This document shows positions 25,651 to 38,500 of a stretch of 64,000 nucleotides of DNA, piece after piece; within the stretch, counting starts at the first letter, position 1, and every line of letters begins with the position of its first letter. The DNA is from Mobula hypostoma (taxonomy: Eukaryota). The position numbers were made by a program, and so were the translations under genes. Location of the stretch: positions 26,598,001 to 26,662,000 of the forward strand of contig NC_086108.1 in assembly GCF_963921235.1 (NCBI RefSeq), read 5' to 3'. The notes under the pieces are model-generated. The model saw only the letters and a list, made by a program, of their open reading frames with translations. It ran no database searches and was not told the DNA's origin.

Positions 25651-26108
25651 AGCTGTCACTTGGCATGGGCCTTGTTGTAGCCATGCCTAGTAAAGACAGG
25701 GTACAGCACCCAGTTCATCTTCAGCTGCTAGTGCTTCTTTTCAAATACTGAGGTGGACACTTAACATTTGCCTGTTTTTTCTGTGTCTTTTACTTCTTTA
25801 ACTTTTGCTGACTTACTCTGCATTTTACAGGATTCATCCAAACGGTTTGCACTTCACATCTTCATTAAACAAACACAGGCCACTCTACAGTCTTCTCACA
25901 TTTTCCATTCTCTAACAACAGTCACTTATTCCACCATACAATATAATTCTCAACATATACAATGCTTTTGGTCCATAATGTATAAATATGTACACTACTG
26001 GAGTTCTTTATACACACATACACACGTGCACACGCGCGTACAATTACGCACATTTTGGAATTCATTTTTTTGAAACAGCACTTAGCAAATTCTCCTGTGC
26101 TTCATGTG

Positions 26109-27833
26109 GGACCATAGCAACACCTCATGTGGGCTCCAACCCAGACCATGGCAACACCTTATATAGGCTCCAACCCGGACCATAGTAACACCTCATGTAG
26201 GCTCCAACCTGGACCATGGTAACACCTTATATAGGCTCCAACCTGGACCATGGTAACACCTTATATAGGCTCCAACCCGGACCATGGTAACACCTTATAT
26301 AGGCTCCAACCCCAACCCAGACCATGGTAACACCTTATATAGGCTCCAACCCAGAACATGGTAACACCTTATATAGGCTCCAACCTGGACCATGGTAACA
26401 CCTTATATTGGCTCCAACCCGGACCATGGTAACACCTTATATAGGCTCCAACCCGGACCATAGTAACACCTCATGTAGGCTCCAACCTGGACCATGGTAA
26501 CACCTCATGTGGGCTCCAACCCAGACCATGGTAACACCTTATATAGGCTCCAACCCGGACCATGGTAACACCTTATATAGGCTCCAACCTGGACCATGGT
26601 AACACCTTATATAGGCTCCAACCCGGACCATGGTAACACCTTATATAGGCTCCAACCCCAACCCAGACCATGGTAACACCTTATATAGGCTCCAACCCAG
26701 AACATGGTAACACCTTATATAGGCTCCAACCTGGACCATGGTAACACCTTATATTGGCTCCAACCCGGACCATGGTAACACCTTATATAGGCTCCAACCC
26801 GGACCATAGTAACACCTCATGTAGGCTCCAACCTGGACCATGGTAACACCTCATGTGGGCTCCAACCCAGACCATGGTAACACCTTATATAGGCTCCAAC
26901 CCGGACCATGGTAACACCTTATATAGGCTCCAACCTGGACCATGGTAACACCTTATATAGGCTCCAACCCGGACCATGGTAACACCTTATATAGGCTCCA
27001 ACCCCAACCCAGACCATGGTAACACCTTATATAGGCTCCAACCCAGAGCATGGTAACACCTTATATAGGCTCCAACCTGGACCATGGTAACACCTTATAT
27101 TGGCTCCAACCCGGACCATGGTAACACCTTATATAGGCTCCAACCCGGACCATGGCAACATCTTATATAGGCTCCAACCCGGACCATGGTAACACCTTAT
27201 ATAGGCTCCAACCCAGACCATGGTAACACCTTATATAGGCTCCAACCCGGACCATGGCAACATCTCTTGGAGGCTCCAACCCGGACCATGGTAACACCTC
27301 ACGTAGGCTCTCCAACCCGAACCATGGCAACACCACATGTGGGCTCTAACCCGGACAATGGGAACACCTTATGTAGGCTTCAACCCATACCAATGCAAGC
27401 CCACATGCGGGCTCCAACCTAGACCATGGCACACCTCATGTAGGTTCCAACCTGGACCATGGCAACACCTCATGTGGGCTCCAACCCGGACCAGGGCAAC
27501 CCCATATGTAGGCTTCAACCCAAATGGCAACACCACCTGCTGGCTCCAACCCGGACCATGGCAACACATCATGTGGGCTCCATCCCGGACCATGGCAACA
27601 CATCATGTGGGCTCCAACCAGGACCATTGCAACACCACATGTAGGCTCCAACTAGGACCATGGCAATACCTTAAGTAGGCTCTAACCTGGTCCATGGCAA
27701 CACTCATGCGGGCTCCAATGCAGACCAGGGCAACACCTCATGTGGGGTCCAAACCAGACACTGACAATACCTCAAGCGGGCTCCAACCCATAGGACAACA
27801 CTTCTTGCAGTCTCCAACCCAGACCTTGGCAAC
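26109..27833. repeat. 34-bp tandem array (about 50 units) with 346-bp higher-order repeat
   Basis: Unit ggaccatggtaacaccttatataggctccaacc(c/t). The marker aaccccaacccag ends at 26320, 26666 and 27012. The array degenerates towards the right end. Confidence 0.95.
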
Positions 27834-27899
27834 CTTGTCTTTTTTTAAGCACTTCAGATTTCCTATGCTGGTGATTAAGGTGGTGTACACTGACCACTG

Positions 27900-30232
27900 C
27901 ATACATGAAGAGATTTGTGTTCCAGCAATAGATTCAGTAGAGTAGCAGTGGTGTAGTGTGTTTGGACCCCTAGTAAAACAGGTTACATGCTGGTAATAAT
28001 TGGGCAGGGCTTCCCAAGACTGCATTTTGCCAAGTCGGGCCATTGTGCTGTACTCCTACTACCTTCATACGGACAGAGCCTAAAAATCAAGGCTCCAGAG
28101 ATCAAGACAAGTAAGAAATGGTTGCAGGAGGCAAAGGGATGGTTACAGGATTCAGTGTCAGTGGACTGGGTCATGTTCAAGAACTCATCTGAGGACCTGA
28201 ATGATTACACCTGGGTCATAACAGACTATACTAAAACAGGTGTGGATGAGTGTGTTCTCACAAAATCGTTCAGGGTTTACCCCAATCAGAAGCCCTGGAT
28301 GAATCATGGAATCTGAAACCCGCTGAGAGCCTGATCAAAGGCATTCAAGTCTGGAGATCAAGAAGCTACAAGAGGTACAGGTATAATCTCCAGAAAGCCT
28401 TCTCATGGGTGAAGTGGAAATTGGAATCAACAAGGGATGCTTGACAGCTGTGGGAGGGTTTGAATGCGATAACCTCCTACAAAGTTAAATCTTGTGACAT
28501 AAGGGACAGCAGAGCTTCACTTCCAGATGAGCTCAGAGCTTTCTATGTTTGCTTTGACCACCAGAACAGGGAGGAACCATTGCACCTCCCATGTCGCCCA
28601 GTGATCCTTTGGCCTCAGTATCTGAAGGTGACATACAGGCTCTTTGCAAGAGTGTAAAGACTCCAAGAGTGAATCCAAAGACTCCAGTCTGGATGGAGCA
28701 CCTGGCCAGATACTGAAGATCTGTGCTGACCAACTGGCTGTTGTGTTCATGGATATCTTCAACCTCGTGCTCCGGTAGCGTGTGGTACTCACCTGCTTCA
28801 AGCAGGCTTCAATCATACTGATGTCCAAGAAGAGTGTGGTGAATTGCTTCAATGACTATCAATCACCTAGTGGCACTTACATCCACAGTGACGAAGTGTT
28901 TTGGGAGGCTGATGTTGAAGCATATCAGCTCCTGTCTGAGTGATGACTTGGACCTGCTCTAATTTGCATACTACAGCAACAGGTCTACAATAGATGCCAT
29001 CTCATTGGCTCTTCACACAACATTGGAACATCTGGACAGCAGAGATGCATACATCAGGATGCTCTTTATCCGATTACTGCTCAGTATTTAATACCATCAT
29101 CCCCTCTAAACTAATCAGTAAACTCCAAGACCTGGGCCTCAATACCCCCTTGTGAAATTGGATCTTGGATTTCCTCAGTTTGAATTGGCAAAATATCTCC
29201 TCCACAATCTCCATAAGCACAGGAGAAGCACAGGGACATATGCTTAGCCCCCTGCTCTGCTCACTTTACACCTATGACTGTGTGGCTAAGTACAGCTCCA
29301 ACACCACATACAAGTTTGCTGATGACGCCGCTGTTGTGGGCCGTAACAAAGGGGGTGATGAATCAACATACAGGAGGGAGATTGAAAACTTGGCTGAGTG
29401 GCGTTATAACAACAACCTCTCACTCAATGTCTATAAGACCAAGGAACTGATTGTAGAATTCAGGAGAGGGAAACCGGAGGTCCATGAGCCCATAATCATC
29501 AGAGGATCAGCGGTGGAGAAGGTCAGTAACTTTAAATTCCTTGGTGTCACAATCTCAAAGGACCTGTCCTGGAACAGTCACAGAAGTATAATTGCAAAGA
29601 AAGCACAACAGCACCTCTAATTCCTCAGCAGTCTATGGGGATTTGGTAATGTTATCAAAAACCTTGGCAGACTTCTATAGAGGGGTGGTAGAAATTACGT
29701 TGACTGGCTGCATTATGCCTTTGAACAGAAAATCCTACAAAAGATAGTGGATTCGTCCCAGTACATCATGGGTAAAGCCTTCCCAACTACTAAGCACATC
29801 TACATGAAACATTGCCATGGAAAAGCATAATCGATCATCAAAGATTGTCATTACCCAGGCTATGTTCTTTTTGCATTACTGCCGCAAGGTAGAAGGTACA
29901 AATGCCTCAGGACCTGCACCAGCAGGTTCAAGAACAGTTACTACTGCTCATCAGGCTCTTGAACAAAAGAGGAAAACTACACTTGTTCTATTTCTGGTAT
30001 TTCCACAAGCAATGGTCTCACTTTAAGAACTTCTTATCTTGTTATTTCATGCTCTCATCATTTATTTATTGCTATTTATTGATATTTCCATTACACAGTT
30101 TGCTGTTCATTGATCCTGTTTTGTTACTGTTCTATAAATTTGCCGAGTATGCCCAGAGAAAAAAGAATATCAGGGCTGCACGTGGTGACATGTATGTACT
30201 CTGATAATAAATTTTACTTTGAAATTTGAAAT
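27900..30232 (+). mobile_element. Rex1/Babar LINE, decayed (endonuclease end + RT + tail)
   Basis: HFAKSGHCAVLLLPSY, YPNQKPWMN, LSPLLCSLYTYDC, KFADD, LNVYKTKELIVEFRR; tail aataaattttactttgaaatttgaa. Confidence 0.88.
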
Positions 30233-30472
30233 AGAGTCAGTTGCTTGTGCAGTGATTTTTGTCACTGATAGTTGGCAAGAAGTAAACAGTAAAACAATTC
30301 AGATTTGTTTTGTCATTGCGGTTTCAAGCATTGAAGCTTGGAGATGCCAGAACTCACCAGGACTGAAAATGATACAATTTCACTACTTCAACAAGTTAGG
30401 AGGTATGAAGGTTTGTAAGTATCGGCAATCATCTTGAATGTTACAGTGGAAATGAAGATTTGGAAATGCAAT

Positions 30473-31037
30473 TGTAACACTTAGGTTCGGCGGGCGGCGT
30501 TAGTCCAGGGGAAGACAGTCTTCAGCTTCGCCAAACTTGTGAAATCTCGTTTGTGTAGATTCTGCATGATGTGTTACCCTATTACAAAGCAGCACCACGA
30601 AATATTAGGCAGTACACCATATGCAATTAAACGATTGAGCTTTATAGTTCTTAATTTGACTATAGGGTTAGTAAAGAAAACAAAAAGAAGAAGGGCCCAT
30701 GTTAATGAAACAGTCTAATGCGCACGTTGGAGCTCACAATTTTCCTGTCTGTTAGTTCTCCGTCGATTTCCCCCAGGCATCGTCGACTCCCAGACCCATT
30801 CCAACTCCACTCAGTCCTGCAGTCTACGACCTCTCCTTTCTGGCATCTTCTCTCTCCATCTTCCGCCAAAAAAAAAGACCACAAAACCCTCGCTCTCGGG
30901 CACACAAGAAAGAAAAAACATGTCTCTCACTGGATGGCGCACATTCCAAAACTCCCGTTATCTCTAGTCATAACCCAAACACTGCAGCTACAGAGAAACC
31001 ATTATATTAGCAGTGAAACCTTTCCCAGGGTGTTACA
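30473..31037 (-). mobile_element. Solo LTR of the same Gypsy family as 34164-42715
   Basis: tgtaaca...tgttaca termini; TSD caat at 30469-30472 and 31038-31041. The reverse complement matches ggtttcactgctaat...gggttatgactagagataa. Confidence 0.9.
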
Positions 31038-32312
31038 CAATCGTCAAAGGTATTGTATGAAGGCAGGCAATTATCTGCACTTGGTGTCTGTGCTGATTTT
31101 GTTGATTTACAATTAAAAGAAAGCGACATGGATGAATTCCTCCATGGATAAGTATTAGGAACTTCTGTTATTCAGTTTGTCGTTTTTATACTTGTTTAAC
31201 TATTTTCATGAAACCGGCTAATTGGGCCAGCTGCCGAATTGAGCCAAAATGTACTAGTCCCAATGCATCCCACTGTAGTTGAAAATCAGTCCATCCATCA
31301 GGAAGGTTTAACTTTTATGTGTGGGATCATATCTTCATATTTCTTGAAGGTAATGAATTCCTTTAAATTTTTTTACAGATTCTTTATCTTTGATATTTTT
31401 CTTGGAATTTTGGCTTTGTCTTTCAGTGCCTACTTTGACATTGCATTCAACATCTTTAATTAATCCACCTGATCTTCATTATGCTTGATATGTCCCATTG
31501 TTGAGGAGATTCCTTTAGCAGTTGTCTAGTACGTTCAGATCTCATGTCCCTTTCCCTTCATGGAACAGATCTGATAAAAATAATGAATGTTTCTGTGCAA
31601 AATAAGCAGAGAAGGTTACATTGTATAAATTAGAGAGAATGTCCCCAAAAGTCGAGGCAACAAGATGGAGAAATATGATTTGAGAAGACAAGAAAGAATG
31701 TGACAGTAGTGCCATGGAAATTCAGTAGTACAAACAGCTGAAATACAATGAGTGCGCAGAATGCAAAGAGAAAGCTGCCCATAAGTATAGGCTGAGAAAT
31801 TTCACATTTAAGTGTCCCTGAACTGTACAATCATATCTCCAAGAGAAGTATGTCTTTAGAAGCTGAGATGTTAGTTATTAGAAAAGGGAAAAGATTCAGA
31901 ACATTTGCTAGGATTTTGTACGTGGGAATGGAAGTGCAAAGGGATACTGTTTGAATCTGCAAATAGTAGCTGAAAGTATAAGCTGAAGAATAATGATGAA
32001 TATATAGAATTAGCCTTGGTACTATGGTGACTCTGGGCATTCTGCTGTTATAGAAGCTATGAAGGTTTCAGAGAGCATGTAATGCAGTTTATCATAAGAT
32101 AAAAGAGAAAAAGATTATGAAGGGAAACTAAACTGACTTAATCCACTATGAATAAAAGAGGCAGAAAGAGAACTATTAGAGATCAAAGAATGTTGTATAT
32201 ATTGAATGGGGAGTGGCTGTTTTCTCTGGGTGAACAATTAATGGTCAAAGGTCATCAACTGAACAAACTGGTGGAATGAATAGAAGCTGGGATAAAGTTT
32301 TGAGTTCTTGCG

Positions 32313-34163
32313 ATAAGACCAAAAGACCATAAAGTATAGGAGCAGAATTGGGCCATTTGACCCATCAAGTCTGCTCCGCTATTTATCATGTCTGATCCAA
32401 TTTTCCCTCTCAGCCCCAATCTCCTGCTTTCTCCCTGTATCCCTTCGTGCCCTGACCAATCAATCTATCAACATCTGCCATAATATACATAAAGACTTGG
32501 CCTCCACAGTTGCCTGTGGCAACAAATTCCACAGATTCACCATTCCATGGCTAAAGAAATTCCTTCTCATCTCAGTTCAAACAGGATGCCCCTCTATTCT
32601 GTGGCTATGTTGTTTGGTCTTAGACTCTCCCTTCATGGGAAACATCCTTTCCACATCCACTCTATCAAGACCTTTCACCATTCGATAGGCTTCAATGAGG
32701 TCCCCCCTCATTCTTCTGAATTCTAGTGAACACAGGCCCAGAGCTGTCAAACGCTGTTCATAAGATAAGCCATTCAATCCTGGAATCATTTCCATGAACC
32801 TTCTTTGAAACCTCTCCAATTTCAGCACATCCTTTGGAAGATAAGGGGCCCAAAACTGCACACAATATTCCAAGTGAGGTCTCACCAGAGCTTTATAAAG
32901 TCTCAATATTACATACTTACTTTTATATTCTAGTCCTCTTGAAGTGAATGCTAAGAACCTTCGCTCTGGTAATGGTAAATTCACACACTTCATGACTCTG
33001 AAACATGTTACTTACACCATACTGCTAATGTCTTCCACAGTGAAGACTGATGCAAAATACTTATTTAATTTTATCTGCCATTTCCTTGTCCCCCATTACT
33101 ACCTCTCCAGGATTGTTTCCCAGCAGTCTGATATCCACTCTCGCTTCGCTTTCACACTTTGTGTATCTGAAGGAACTCTTGGTACGCTCTTTAACATTAT
33201 TAGTTAGTTTACTTTCATATTCCATCTTTACCTTATTAATTACATTTTTAATTGCCTTCTGTTGGTTTTTACAAGCTTCCCAATCCTCTAACTTCCCATT
33301 ATTTTTGGTGTGTTATATGCCCTCTCTTTGGCTTTTATTTTGGCTTTGACTTCTCTTGTTAGCCATAATTGTGTCATCATGCCTTTAGAATATTTCTTTG
33401 GGATGTGTATATCATATGCCTTCTGAATTGCTTTCAGAAGTTCCAGCCATTGCTGCTCTGAGATCATCCCTACCAATGTTCTTCTCCGATCAATTCTTGC
33501 CAACTCCTCTCTCGAGCCTCTGTAATACCGATACATATTTCTTTAGCTTTTCCTTCTCAAAATTCAGGATGAATTTGATCATACTTTCTCCCGAGGGTTC
33601 TTTTACCTTAAGCTCGCTAATCAATTTCAGTTCATTGCACAACACCCAATCCAGAATAGCTAGTGAGCTCAACCATGAGCTGCTCTAAAAAGTCATCTTG
33701 TAGGCACTCCAGAATTTCCCCTTCCTGGAATCAAGAACAAACCTGATTTTCCCAGTCTTCCTGCATATTGAAATCCCCCATGACAATTCTATTATTACCC
33801 ATTTGTCATGAATTTTCTATCTCCTGTTGTAAATTGTAGACCAAAACTTTACTACTCTTTGCGGGTCTCAATGCAACTCCCATCAGGGTCTTTTTACCCT
33901 CATAGTTCCTTAGCTCAATCCACAATGATTCAATGCCTCCATCCCTATGCCACCTCTTTCTAATGATTTGATATCATTTTTTACCAACAAAGTAACACTG
34001 CCACCCCTGCCTTCTTACCTGCCCTTTTGACACAATGTGCATCCTTGGACTTTGAGCTCTCGGCTATAATCTTCTTTCAGCCATGATTCAGTGATGCCTA
34101 CAACATGATTCATACCAATCTACAACTGTGCTACAAGTTCATCTACCTTATTCCATATACTGT
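32313..34163 (-). mobile_element. Old CR1 (internally deleted ORF2 plus tail), right-hand part displaced by the Gypsy insertion
   Basis: LRLYKALVRPHLEYCVQFWAPY and AILDWVLCNE on the - strand. Confidence 0.85.
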
Positions 34164-34746
34164 TGTAATGCGCTGTAAGGTTTCACTGCTAATGTAATGG
34201 CCTCTCTGTAATGATTCACTGCTAAGGTAGTGGTTTCTCTGTAGCAATGCTTGGGTTATGACTAGAGATAACGGGGGCTTTGGAATGTATGCTAGCCAAT
34301 GAGAGGCATGTTGTTCTTTCTTGTGGGTCTGGGAGCAGGAATTTCGCAGGTCTTTTGTCGGCGAGAGATGAAGAGGGAAGACGCGAGTGGAGAGAGTTGG
34401 TAGACCACTGGATGGAGTGGACTAGGAGCAAGGGTTCGTAGGTCAGCAACGCTTGGAGGAGGTTGATGGGGACAAATGGACGAATTTGTGAGCTCCAACG
34501 CGCACATTAGACCATTTCATTAAAATAGGCCCTTTTTATTTTCTTTACTAACCCTGTAGTCAGATTAAGATTTATAAAATCCAATCATTTAATTGCATAT
34601 TGTGTAGTGTCTGATATTTTGCGGTTTGGATTTGTAACCAGGCAACACATCACGCAATATCCACACAAACGAGATTTCTCAGTTTGGCTGGGTCAGAGGC
34701 TGTCTTCCCCTAGACAAACACGTGCTGGCCGAACCCCAGGGTTATA
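34164..34746 (+). repeat. Gypsy 5' LTR
   Basis: Direct repeat of 42157-42715, with a short internal duplication near its start. Confidence 0.9.
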
Positions 34747-35046
34747 ACTGTGGCTGTATCGTTTAGGGATTGATACCGTTGGATGCTGTGTGATTGCTCT
34801 GAGCATTGAACCAGTGGGTTGTGCGTTTAAGTCTGTGCTGGTATGGATGCTGCCGGGGTAGAGTGGTGGTATGCCTCCAGGGGTTACTGGTAACTAATGT
34901 GTGTGTGTTGAATGGGGTGGATTGTCGTACTCCGGATGAATTATCAATTCAATTTTTGAGTACTGTTAAAGTTGTTGGCAAAGTTACGATTGCAGGGCAG
35001 AGGTTTGATAAAATGGCGGACTCAGGCCTTGTTTTAGTTCAGACTA

Positions 35047-35500
35047 GGTTGAAAGGTTCAGACTAGTTCAGAAAGGTTGAACAAGTTGGGTCTTTATTCT
35101 TTGGAGTATAGAAGGTTGAGGGGGGACTTGATAGAGGTGTTTAAAATTATGAGGGGGATTGATAGAGTTGATGTGGATAGGCTTTTTCCATTGAGAGTGG
35201 GGGAGAATCAAACAGGAGGACATAAGTTGAGAGTTAAAGGGCAAAAGTTTAGGGGTAACATGAGGGGGAACTTCTTTACTCAGAGAATGGTAGCTGTGTG
35301 GAACGAGCTTCCAGCAGAAGTGGCTGAGGCAGGTTCGATGTTGTCGTTTAAAGTTAAGTTGGATAGCTATATGGACAGGAAAGGAATGGAGGGTAATGGG
35401 CTGAGTACAGGTCGGTGGGACTAGGTGAGAGTAAGAGTTCGGCACGGACTAGAAGGGCCGAGATGGCCTGTTTACATGCTGTACTTGTTATATGGTTATA
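35047..35500 (+). mobile_element. CR1 3' fragment inserted in the Gypsy gag
   Basis: ORF 35077-35424, LGLYSLEYRRLRGDLIEVFKIM. The gag reads LVLVQT|SADITAVELP across it. Confidence 0.9.
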
Positions 35501-38500
35501 TAGTGCTGACATAACCGCAGTGGAACTGCCTGCTTCTATCGGTGCCCCAGGCGAGGCGGGGCCATGGCCTGTACATACCGTCAGGAAGGAGGTGAAAGTA
35601 GAGGAGCGGGCCGAGTCATAAGTCGAGTTTCCCTTTGCCGAGAGTGGAGACATCAAAGACAGGGTTCTATCGTTTCTGAGGAGTGAGGGGAAGGAGTGGT
35701 TGGATTTGGAATGTCTAATTAGTCCCCATCCCTCAGTGAAGAGTGAGAGTTCTGAGTTGGCATCAGCCCTTACTTCTCTGGTGAATAAGTGACGCAGTGC
35801 ACAGGCAGAGGGTCCCCTCCGGAAGCTAAGGATTTTCTCTGGAATAACACCCACCCCCGAGGGGGAAGAGGCAGAGCAGATCTATCAGTTGTTAGATGAG
35901 TGGCAGTGCCCTGGTGATGTAAAGCAACAGAGGTTGTCTGAAAGTTTGAGGAGGTTGGCCACTGACGTGGTGAGAGCTGTGAAAACACGCTAACCCTCAG
36001 CAAACCTTGCCGATTATCTGGGCACCTTTGATAAAACAGGGAGCCCACTGGATCTCATGGTGGGGTTTCAGAACACGCATCAGGAGAAGGGGGAAAAGCT
36101 TTCTGCTTACATTTTTTGGCTCAAGAGGCAGCTAAATTGTTTGCAGCGCAGAGGGGTCATTCAGGCGGCTGGGGTGGTTAAGTTATGAATGGACCAGATA
36201 GCCAAGGAGGCCCAGTCCCAGGACATGATTGCCTGGAGTCTCCAATAGTCCCGTAAGACGCGCCTCCCTCCCTCCTTTGTTGAGCTGATCAGAGAGATGC
36301 GGGAGGAGGAGAACGCTTCGGAGGCGTGGGAGGGCTCTGTCAGCAGGGTGCAGTCCTCAGTAGTAGCCCCTTGTGGTGAAGTGACTATGGCTAGCCCAAC
36401 CTGAGGGATGGTGAAGAAGATTGTGGCACAGCTGATAACTGAGATGCCCCGGCTGTTAACAGTGGGTGTGGACCCCCGTATAATAGGACTGGTAGAGAGG
36501 GGAACCCCTTAAAGGGACAGACTACGCAGAGGGCTGTGGGTGGCTGGGGTTCTGTGAGGGGGGGGGGTAGGCGGCGATATCGTCTGCTATAACTGTGGTG
36601 AAGAGTGACACCAGGCAGGATTGTGAGCAGCGGGAAGCCCCTTGGAGAGTGAGCCCCCGGGTGCCCAAGCAGGGAGAGGCGTCAGGAAACTTGGAGACCC
36701 AGAGAGGAAACGGCCCAGTGTCTCTGGGGGAAACATGTTCCCAGCAATATACCAAGGAACTCCTGAAAGCAAAAGACCCTATTCCTGAAGGCTTAGTGGG
36801 ACCATGCTCCAGTGTGTTGCTACGGGTAAAGGTACTTATACTAAAGCCATACTCGACACCAGGTCGCAGATCACACTGTTGTACTGTTCGCTTTACAACT
36901 GGTATCTGAAGCATTTACCATTGACACCAATCAGTGCACTGGAGATCTGGGGTTTCAGTGCCAGTGATTATCCATATGACGGTTATTTATCAGTGATGCT
37001 GATTCTCGGAGTCTGCTGTGGGAGTAGCCGAGGTCCTTGATACATTAGTGCTGGTTTGTCCGGACCCCATTGAGAAGGGTAGCGTTTCAGTTCTGGTGGG
37101 GATCAACACCCCTCTTGTGAGGAAGCTCATGGGGGCCTGCAAGGAAAAGGCTGGTGAGAGCTTTCTGGGAACATTGTCCATGCACCTGGAGTTTCGAGCT
37201 GCTTTTGAGGAAGTGCATGGCAGCATCAGGCCCGATACTGAATTTAGACGAGGAACTGTGTGGTTCACCCAATCGAAGCTAATGGTGGTACGGCCCGGGG
37301 AAGTAGCAAGAGAGATGGTGACCCCCAAATTTCCAGAGTGCTTGAGGGGAGGGCTCTCTTAATGGATGCTCTGGAAGACCACGAGGGGGAGTCGGGATTT
37401 CCTGCTGGGGTACTAGTGAGGCCCGAGCTGTAGAAGCCCTCGGTTGTACAGGCGAGCAGGATGGCAGTGATTATTAGGAACACTACGAAGAGGAAGGTTT
37501 TCTTCAAGCGCATGATGCCCCGGTGCATCTGTTCCTGGTGACCGTAATGTCCAGTGTCCCTGTGAGACAAGCAGGGGAGAAACTATTGGAAAAAGTGGGA
37601 AAGTTGATTGCTGAGTCATTCAACTTCAGGGACTCCCCGGTGCCGCTGAGTTGGAAGAGGGTGGTGGTGGAGCAGATGTTGAAGCTGGAAGGTGTCTTTT
37701 CCACTGCTGAGTCTGATGTGGGTTGGTCTATGAGCACTCTTCACACTATCTGGGTGACTGAAGACACCCTGTTTAGAAAGAGGTCGTGGAGACTGGCTTC
37801 TGCAGACGTAGAAGACGTTCAGCAGCCCTTGTGTAAGTTGAAGGAAGCTGGGATCATCACCTAGTCCCGAAGCCCCTATGCATCCCCAATAGTAGTGCCC
37901 CGAAAGAAGAATGGGAAGATTCGGATGTGTGTGGACTATAGGACTCTGAACAGGCACACCATCCCTGACCAGTATACTGTCCCAAGGATTGTCCCACGCT
38001 GGCCTGTCTGAGTGGTGCGAAGTGGCTCAATGTGCTGGACTTGAGGAGTGGATATTACCAGATCCCCAAGAGTGAGGCTGACAAAGAGAAGACGGCATTT
38101 ACACATCCCTTGGGATTCTCCAGTTCGAAAGGGTGCCTCAGGGCATATCAGGAGCCCCTGCAACCTCCCAGCGGGTCATGGAGAAAACAACGGGGGATAT
38201 GAACTTTCTTGCGGTATTGGTGTATCTGGAATACCTCATAGTGTTTGGATTCACGCTGGGGGAACATGAAGCGAGACTACTGAAGGTGCTCGGCCACTTG
38301 AAAGCTTAAGGGTTAAAACTTTCCCTGGGCAAGTGCCAGTTCTGCAAAACGTCTGTTAGCTATGTTGGGCACATAGTCTCTTGGGATGGAGCAGCTACAT
38401 CTAAGATTGAGGTGGTGACCACTTGGCCAAGACCCCAGACTGTGAGCACTCTGCGCTTGTTCCTCGGGTTCTGTGGTTACTATCGGAGGTTCTTGAAAAG

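Larger units (their letters stand above)
16012..26050 (-). mobile_element. Decayed endogenous retrovirus (class I, epsilon/gamma-like) with gag, pol and env remnants and a 3' LTR, broken by four nested insertions
   Basis: Collinear - strand order: gag N-terminal-like (about 25700-26010), RNase H YAFGVAHDNGQLRKLREFLTS, integrase CxxC and HLQMNFMELSKC...GQNGALKNRLAKL...GLSPHEI, integrase C-terminus PFQVLLTTYSALKV, env with CCTYIPD, polypurine tract, LTR. No 5' LTR found. Confidence 0.85.

Noticed and set aside
26150-27240. SRF CArG-box array
   Set aside because: The motif is CC(A/T)7GG (ccttatatagg), not the CC(A/T)6GG consensus.
26109-27833. CRISPR array
   Set aside because: Units are head-to-tail with no unique spacers, there are no cas genes, and the context is vertebrate.
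27186-27945. Repetitive protein ORFs in the tandem array
   Set aside because: The 34-bp unit is not a multiple of 3, the frames are short and stop-interrupted, and there is no splice support.
27834-32300. 5' LTR and PBS of the ERV
   Set aside because: No second copy of 16012-16609 found by eye. The LTR at 30473 belongs to the Gypsy family.
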